Source: Candidatus Multivorans sp.
GTDB lineage: Bacteria; Acidobacteriota; Thermoanaerobaculia; Multivoradales; Multivoraceae
Direction: 5' to 3'
DNA: 64,000 bases
Assembly: GCA_965206765.1 (NCBI GenBank)
Contig: OZ242222.1
Span: 1,191,165-1,255,164, forward strand
Shown: positions 60,601 to 64,000 of the stretch, piece after piece
Numbering within the stretch: position 1 is the first letter of the stretch
Layout: every line of letters starts with the position of its first letter
Notes under the pieces: model-generated
What the model was told of the DNA's origin: nothing
The model's database searches: none
What the model saw: the letters and a program-made list of their open reading frames with translations, nothing else
Translations under genes and position numbers: made by a program

Positions 60601-61273
60601 CGTCGCAGAGCTCCTCCAACTCCGCCTCCCGATCGAACTCGGGGCGCCGCCAGGGCGTCGCAAAGTCGCGCCAGTCGACTAATCTCCACGCCGCTTCGCG
60701 CAACCGATCGAGTGCCGACTGCTGCGGCGACCATGGCCCGACCGTCAGGCGGGCCAGTTCGCGCCTCAGGCCCGGCGGCATCGTCTCGAGCTGCTCTTCG
60801 ATCCAGCGTCCGAAGGTGCGGGCGAACAGGCGCGGCGCTTCGTCTTCCGCCAGCTCTCCAAACCCCGGATCGACCCCGGCCTCGACCGGACGCTCGCGCA
60901 GGATGTCGGCGCAGAGAGAGTGGATCGTGCCGATGGCCGCCTGTTCGAGGCGGGAGATGGCGGTTTCGAGGTTCGCCGTCCTCTTGCCGGCCTCTCCGCC
61001 GTCGCGCAACTCGATCAGACGGGCGTCGAGCGCCTGGCGCAGGCGGAGCTTGAGTTCGCCGGCGGCCTTGCGGGTGAAGGTCACCGCCGCCAAGGCGTCG
61101 ACCGAGCCGCGGCCCTCCTCCAGGATCGCCACCAGGCGCTCCACCAACACCGTCGTCTTGCCGGTACCGGCAGCCGCCTCGACCAACTGGCTCTCGTCCA
61201 GCGCCTCGCGGATGCGGCGGCGGGCGGCTTCGTCGGCCGGCGGCGGGGCCTGGGCGCGCGGACTGGCAGCCAT
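57629..61273 (-). CDS. addA: ATP-dependent helicase/nuclease subunit A (UvrD-family SF1 helicase plus C-terminal RecB-type nuclease)
   Basis: Walker A AAAGTGKTT and UvrD motifs (LFIDEFQDTDPLQ, VGDPKQSIYRFRRAD, MTVHTAKGLEFPVV). The C-terminal nuclease motif is DLAYLDED..VVDWKTD. ATG at 61273 in an ATGA overlap with the addB stop. The 1396-aa annotated ORF is a read-through. Confidence 0.85.
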   Translation of the reverse strand: MAASPRAQAPPPADEAARRRIREALDESQLVEAAAGTGKTTVLVERLVAILEEGRGSVDALAAVTFTRKAAGELKLRLRQALDARLIELRDGGEAGKRTANLETAISRLEQAAIGTIHSLCADILRERPVEAGVDPGFGELAEDEAPRLFARTFGRWIEEQLETMPPGLRRELARLTVGPWSPQQSALDRLREAAWRLVDWRDFATPWRRPEFDREAELEELCDGVERLGELVLCGRQGDVLRRNLAPVVELSNWIVRTRQLSVAGPGPHRGDRADGREAFQDQLEARLVRLLRDLSGFRSPRKGRGGFAEGVAREQVFELWRRLSERLRRFEQTANADLAALLKDELSGAVERYEHAKRLLGKLDFHDLLMKARDLLRRDREVRRHLQARYRHLFIDEFQDTDPLQAEILLLLSADDPDEDDWTQVTPASGKLFLVGDPKQSIYRFRRADVVLYQIVKKRLAERGVQALQLTTSFRSVAPIQRLVNAAFAPCMTGDRTAGSADYIPLGEHRQAIPGQPQVVALPPPKPYGYRNVTQRDIEACQPSATVEFVRWLIQDSGWKVEVPDPDNPGRFMRTPVQPRHICLLFRRFLSWNQDTARDYVRGLEALGIPHLLIGARSFHDREEVEALRSALTAVEWPDDRLSVYATLRGSLFAFDDDLLLRFKTRYGNWHPLYSPRRARECVEPPEEFASLVDVLDFLGTLHRRRNYRPIVQTVQEILAKPRAQAAMALRPAGNQVLGNAQRVCDLARRYEVAGGRSFRGFVEQLDEEAERIGGAQAPVVEEDAEGVRVMTVHTAKGLEFPVVILADMTAKLSRGAERTVRSEDELCAMKLLGLSPQELLDASEVEDKREEAEGVRVAYVAATRARDLLVVPAVGDVKRSGWIECLNDAVYPGSDAWRGSAPAEGCPEFGDRSVAVRPSNYDRRPEQSVRPGRYRFPKAAGTDGPADDAPDYDVVWWDADLLNQEPPATYGLLGEDLLVEGGGAAADASRERFERWRSRNQALLERGGRPSVRPEAVTGLDFEPPGPAAEVVVEERERRRDRPGGVRFGSLVHTVLRDTPLAGEPDRIRELAGLHGSLLAADTAEIEAAVAAVSAALASPAAHAARDSPRVLRETPFVLPLPVSEVGSEDGKDGRGIVEGTIDLAYLDEDNRWIVVDWKTDLADLDAPVGGGEAGAEAVPRGDAYRRQVRWYCYALEQLTGAPASGRLVLL

Positions 61274-64000
61274 CACCGCTCGCTCCGAATCGCCTGCAGG
61301 TCGTGCAGCCGCGTCCCGTCCTTGCGCTGGACCCGCAACTCTTCGTAGGGGCCGCACACCCGCCGGTAGTCGCAGTACCGGCATTCGTCCCTCGCCGGCG
61401 CCGCGGGCAGGAAGCCGTCCTCCAGCGCTCCGTCGACCGTCTTCAGCAGCCGACGGGCGGCGCCGCGGCTCCGCTCGTCGAGCGGCACGGCCACCGTGCT
61501 GTAGCCGCCCCGCTGGGTGCAGTAGAAGAGCCGCCCCGAAACCACCTCCCGCTCGAGCACGTCCTCCGCGGCCAGACTGTAGAGGACCGGCTGCAGCACC
61601 TTGCCGCCGCCGATCACCAGGCCGGCGCCGGCATGAACGGCGCGACCGGTCTTGTGGTCGGTCACTCGCAGCCGACCGTCCGCGTCCTCCTCCACGAGGT
61701 CGATCGAGCCACGCAGCCGCGCCCCGTCGAGCACCTCCGCCGGCGCCCGCTTGCTGCGCGGATCCCGGTCCGCGGACCGCCTGAGACCGAAGGAGAGTTC
61801 GGCGTGGACCGGCTTCCACTGGCCGCCCTCGTCCGCCACCTGCCGCAACCAGCCGCGCAGGTCGGCCCGCAAGCCCTCGAACTCCGCCCTCCAGACGCGC
61901 TCGATCGGCGGCGCGAGTTCCTCCCGGTAGTCACGCTCGCTCTGAACGAGCACCTCATCCAGCAACTCGAAGACCGTCTCCAGGCGGCTCAGCACCACCG
62001 GCAACAGGTCCGCCGCCTCCAGGGCGCCAAACAGGCGGAACTGGATCTCGTGGAAGATGCTGCCCCGGGTCATCGGGTTCATCTGCTCGAGCTGGACGAG
62101 TTCCTTGCGCGGCCTGAGGTACAGCACCGCCTGCAGGAAGAACCGGTAGGGGCAGGCGGCGAAGTTCTGGAGGGCGGTCGGCGAGTAGGAGCGCACGCCG
62201 ATCCGCTGGGCAGCGAGCGACTCCCTGGCCTCCGGGCTCGCGTCCACGAGACCGTCGACCGGGAACCAGGGTCGCCGCCAGCGCCGGCCACGCGCCTGCA
62301 GGGCGCGTTTCAGGTGCGGGTTCGACTCCAGGAGAAAGCGCGCCCGCCCTCTGCGCTCCGCGACCGGGGCGCCGGGACCCAGGAGCGGTTGCAGCAGGGC
62401 GAGATCGAACTCGGCCTCGTCGACCGCGTCCTCGGCTTCGGCGGGCGCCGGCCAGCCGACCACCGCGGCGCCGGCGGCCGCGGCGCGCCGGCCGAGCGCG
62501 TCGAGGTCCGGCAGGCTGCCTTCGGCGCCCCGCAGCACGTCGAGCGCGTAAAGCGACGGCACCCGTGCCCGCCCCTGCACCAGGTCGACCCGCGGATACG
62601 AAACGACCAGCCAGCGACTCGCGGCGCCGATGGCGAGGCGAAGCAGCAGTTGCTCCCGCCGGGTGCGGCCCAGATCCTCGGTGAGCCGGTAGCCCGCTTG
62701 CCGCAGGGTCCGGCGACCTTCGTCGAGCAGCAGCGGATCCTCCTTCGCCCGCCGTGGGAACACCCCCTCGGCCAGGCCCGGCACGAACACGACGTCGAAG
62801 CTCCGTCCCGCCGCCTCCTCGACGCCACCGACGAAGACCCGGCCGAACCGCCGTTTCGGCGGCCGGCTGCGGCTGAATCCCAAGCGCTCGCCCAGGATCC
62901 GCTCCACCTCGGGCAAGCCGACCTCGTCGACCTGCGCCAGGGGTCGGAGCTCGGCAAGCACCTCGAGCACGGTCTCCGGCCGCCGCAACGCCATCGTCGC
63001 CAACTCCTGCAGACGCTCGAGCCACCATCCCCAGTCCGCGCGCTCGGGCAGGGCGTCGAGGAACTCGATCAGGGGCAGCGCGAACGTCTGGAGCGTTTCC
63101 AGGCGCCCGATCTGCCGCTCCAGATAGCCCCTGTGGCCTTCGTCCTCGTCCCCGGCCTCGCGCAGTTGCAGCCGGAACTCCGCGCCGAGACCCGCCAGCC
63201 GCTTCTTCCAGCGTTCGGCCCCGCCGACCACGGCGGCATCGACCAGCAGGCGCTCCCACTGGGAAGGGACGCGGAGCGCGCCGGCCGGCGCCGCCTCTTC
63301 CTGGGTTTCGCGAGCCTCCGCTGCGCTGTCGGTCACAGAGTGCGGGCCAGACGCCCGCCGAGACAACTCCGGCGACTTGAGGACGAGTTGTTCGCCCGCC
63401 GGCTCGACCCAGGGCGCCTCGCGCTGCGGGGGTCCGCCGCCCTTGGCCGGTTCGGGAGTCTGGCCGAGCGACAGGTACTCGGCGAAGCGGCTCGCCGAGA
63501 GTCTCTCCCCCACGCACGCCAGCAGGGCCAGGAAGGCGCGGCCGGCCGGATTCGGGCGCAACGCGCCCCGGGTGACGTAGGCGGGGATGCCGGCGCGGCT
63601 GAGCGCGTCCTCCACCAGGGGCAGGTAGGCGGCCGGCTGGCGAAGCAGGATCGCCATGCGATCGAAGTTGAGGCCCCCGGCCGCGGCACGGTGGATGCGC
63701 CGGGCGATCTCGACGCACTCCTGGCCCTCGCCGGCCGCCGAGAACAGGTCGACCGAAGAGCCGGCCGGCACATCTGCGGCACTGCGTGGAAGCGCGGCCA
63801 TCCTGCCCGCACCTGGGGGCGCGGGCGTCTCGCCCGCATCCGTCGTTCCGCCAAGCGGCGAGGACGCGTCCACACCGGTCTCAAAGACGAAGCGCTGGAC
63901 CCGATCCAGCCGCCGACCGCCCGAAGTCCCGGCGACGACCGCTTCCTCCCGGTCGAGATCGATCACCGCCCCTTCGCCGAGCAGCGAGCCCAGCCACTCC
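61273..64000 (-). CDS. addB: Helicase/nuclease subunit B-like protein (AddB/RecB-family nuclease domain with Fe-S cysteines); the N-terminus lies beyond the window end
   Basis: The first Cys (NFAACPYRF) and the nuclease motif (DLVEEDADGRLRVTDHKTG) are followed by a C-terminal CRYCDYRRVCGPYE triad. This is the AddB Fe-S cluster arrangement. Confidence 0.75.
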   Translation of the reverse strand, partial: EWLGSLLGEGAVIDLDREEAVVAGTSGGRRLDRVQRFVFETGVDASSPLGGTTDAGETPAPPGAGRMAALPRSAADVPAGSSVDLFSAAGEGQECVEIARRIHRAAAGGLNFDRMAILLRQPAAYLPLVEDALSRAGIPAYVTRGALRPNPAGRAFLALLACVGERLSASRFAEYLSLGQTPEPAKGGGPPQREAPWVEPAGEQLVLKSPELSRRASGPHSVTDSAAEARETQEEAAPAGALRVPSQWERLLVDAAVVGGAERWKKRLAGLGAEFRLQLREAGDEDEGHRGYLERQIGRLETLQTFALPLIEFLDALPERADWGWWLERLQELATMALRRPETVLEVLAELRPLAQVDEVGLPEVERILGERLGFSRSRPPKRRFGRVFVGGVEEAAGRSFDVVFVPGLAEGVFPRRAKEDPLLLDEGRRTLRQAGYRLTEDLGRTRREQLLLRLAIGAASRWLVVSYPRVDLVQGRARVPSLYALDVLRGAEGSLPDLDALGRRAAAAGAAVVGWPAPAEAEDAVDEAEFDLALLQPLLGPGAPVAERRGRARFLLESNPHLKRALQARGRRWRRPWFPVDGLVDASPEARESLAAQRIGVRSYSPTALQNFAACPYRFFLQAVLYLRPRKELVQLEQMNPMTRGSIFHEIQFRLFGALEAADLLPVVLSRLETVFELLDEVLVQSERDYREELAPPIERVWRAEFEGLRADLRGWLRQVADEGGQWKPVHAELSFGLRRSADRDPRSKRAPAEVLDGARLRGSIDLVEEDADGRLRVTDHKTGRAVHAGAGLVIGGGKVLQPVLYSLAAEDVLEREVVSGRLFYCTQRGGYSTVAVPLDERSRGAARRLLKTVDGALEDGFLPAAPARDECRYCDYRRVCGPYEELRVQRKDGTRLHDLQAIRSER

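Overview
This is a gene-dense, high-GC (about 70%) bacterial chromosomal window. It contains a VWA-domain protein that I place in the TIGR03436 family typical of Acidobacteria, which makes an acidobacterial origin plausible; this is inference. Almost everything is housekeeping, and most genes lie on the minus strand in long co-directional arrays with 4-nt start/stop overlaps.

Recognisable content:
- glnA (5' part)
- the conserved phoH-pgpH-ybeY-era cluster, but with ybeY and era fused into one ORF
- hbd, tsaE, nnr, thiD, lgt, an nrnA-like DHH phosphoesterase, guaA, gpsA, plsY, cinA and pdp
- tatA, tRNA-Arg(CCT), apt, pcm, surE and mtnP
- an outer-membrane biogenesis cluster, bamA-skp-[opposite-strand PQQ propeller]-lpxD-fabZ-lpxA, followed by a Gfo/Idh/MocA oxidoreductase that is a GnnA candidate
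- clpC, lolD/lolCE-like ABC components, hpt, pnp and lysS
- ribD-ribE, ftsY, aroB, aspS and hisS
- a Uma2 endonuclease, an AI-2E transporter, an HTH protein plus an AAA/DUF4143 ATPase, and an AddA/AddB helicase-nuclease pair (addB truncated by the window end)

The clearly accessory part is a lower-GC island of about 4.5 kb (roughly 40470..44960), directly downstream of lysS. It carries:
- a translationally coupled type II restriction-modification pair: an SPPY-motif N4/N6 methyltransferase and a Cys-rich candidate restriction endonuclease
- two uncharacterised genes, a 5-TM membrane protein and a 167-aa protein
- a HAD hydrolase flanked by a decayed direct duplication of the 3' end of the neighbouring hypothetical gene

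Immediately beyond that gene is a 62-bp tandem repeat array of about three units built around a GC-rich hairpin with a compensatory stem change. A further copy sits about 7 kb away at 53438..53490. No CRISPR array, rRNA or obvious integrase is present.
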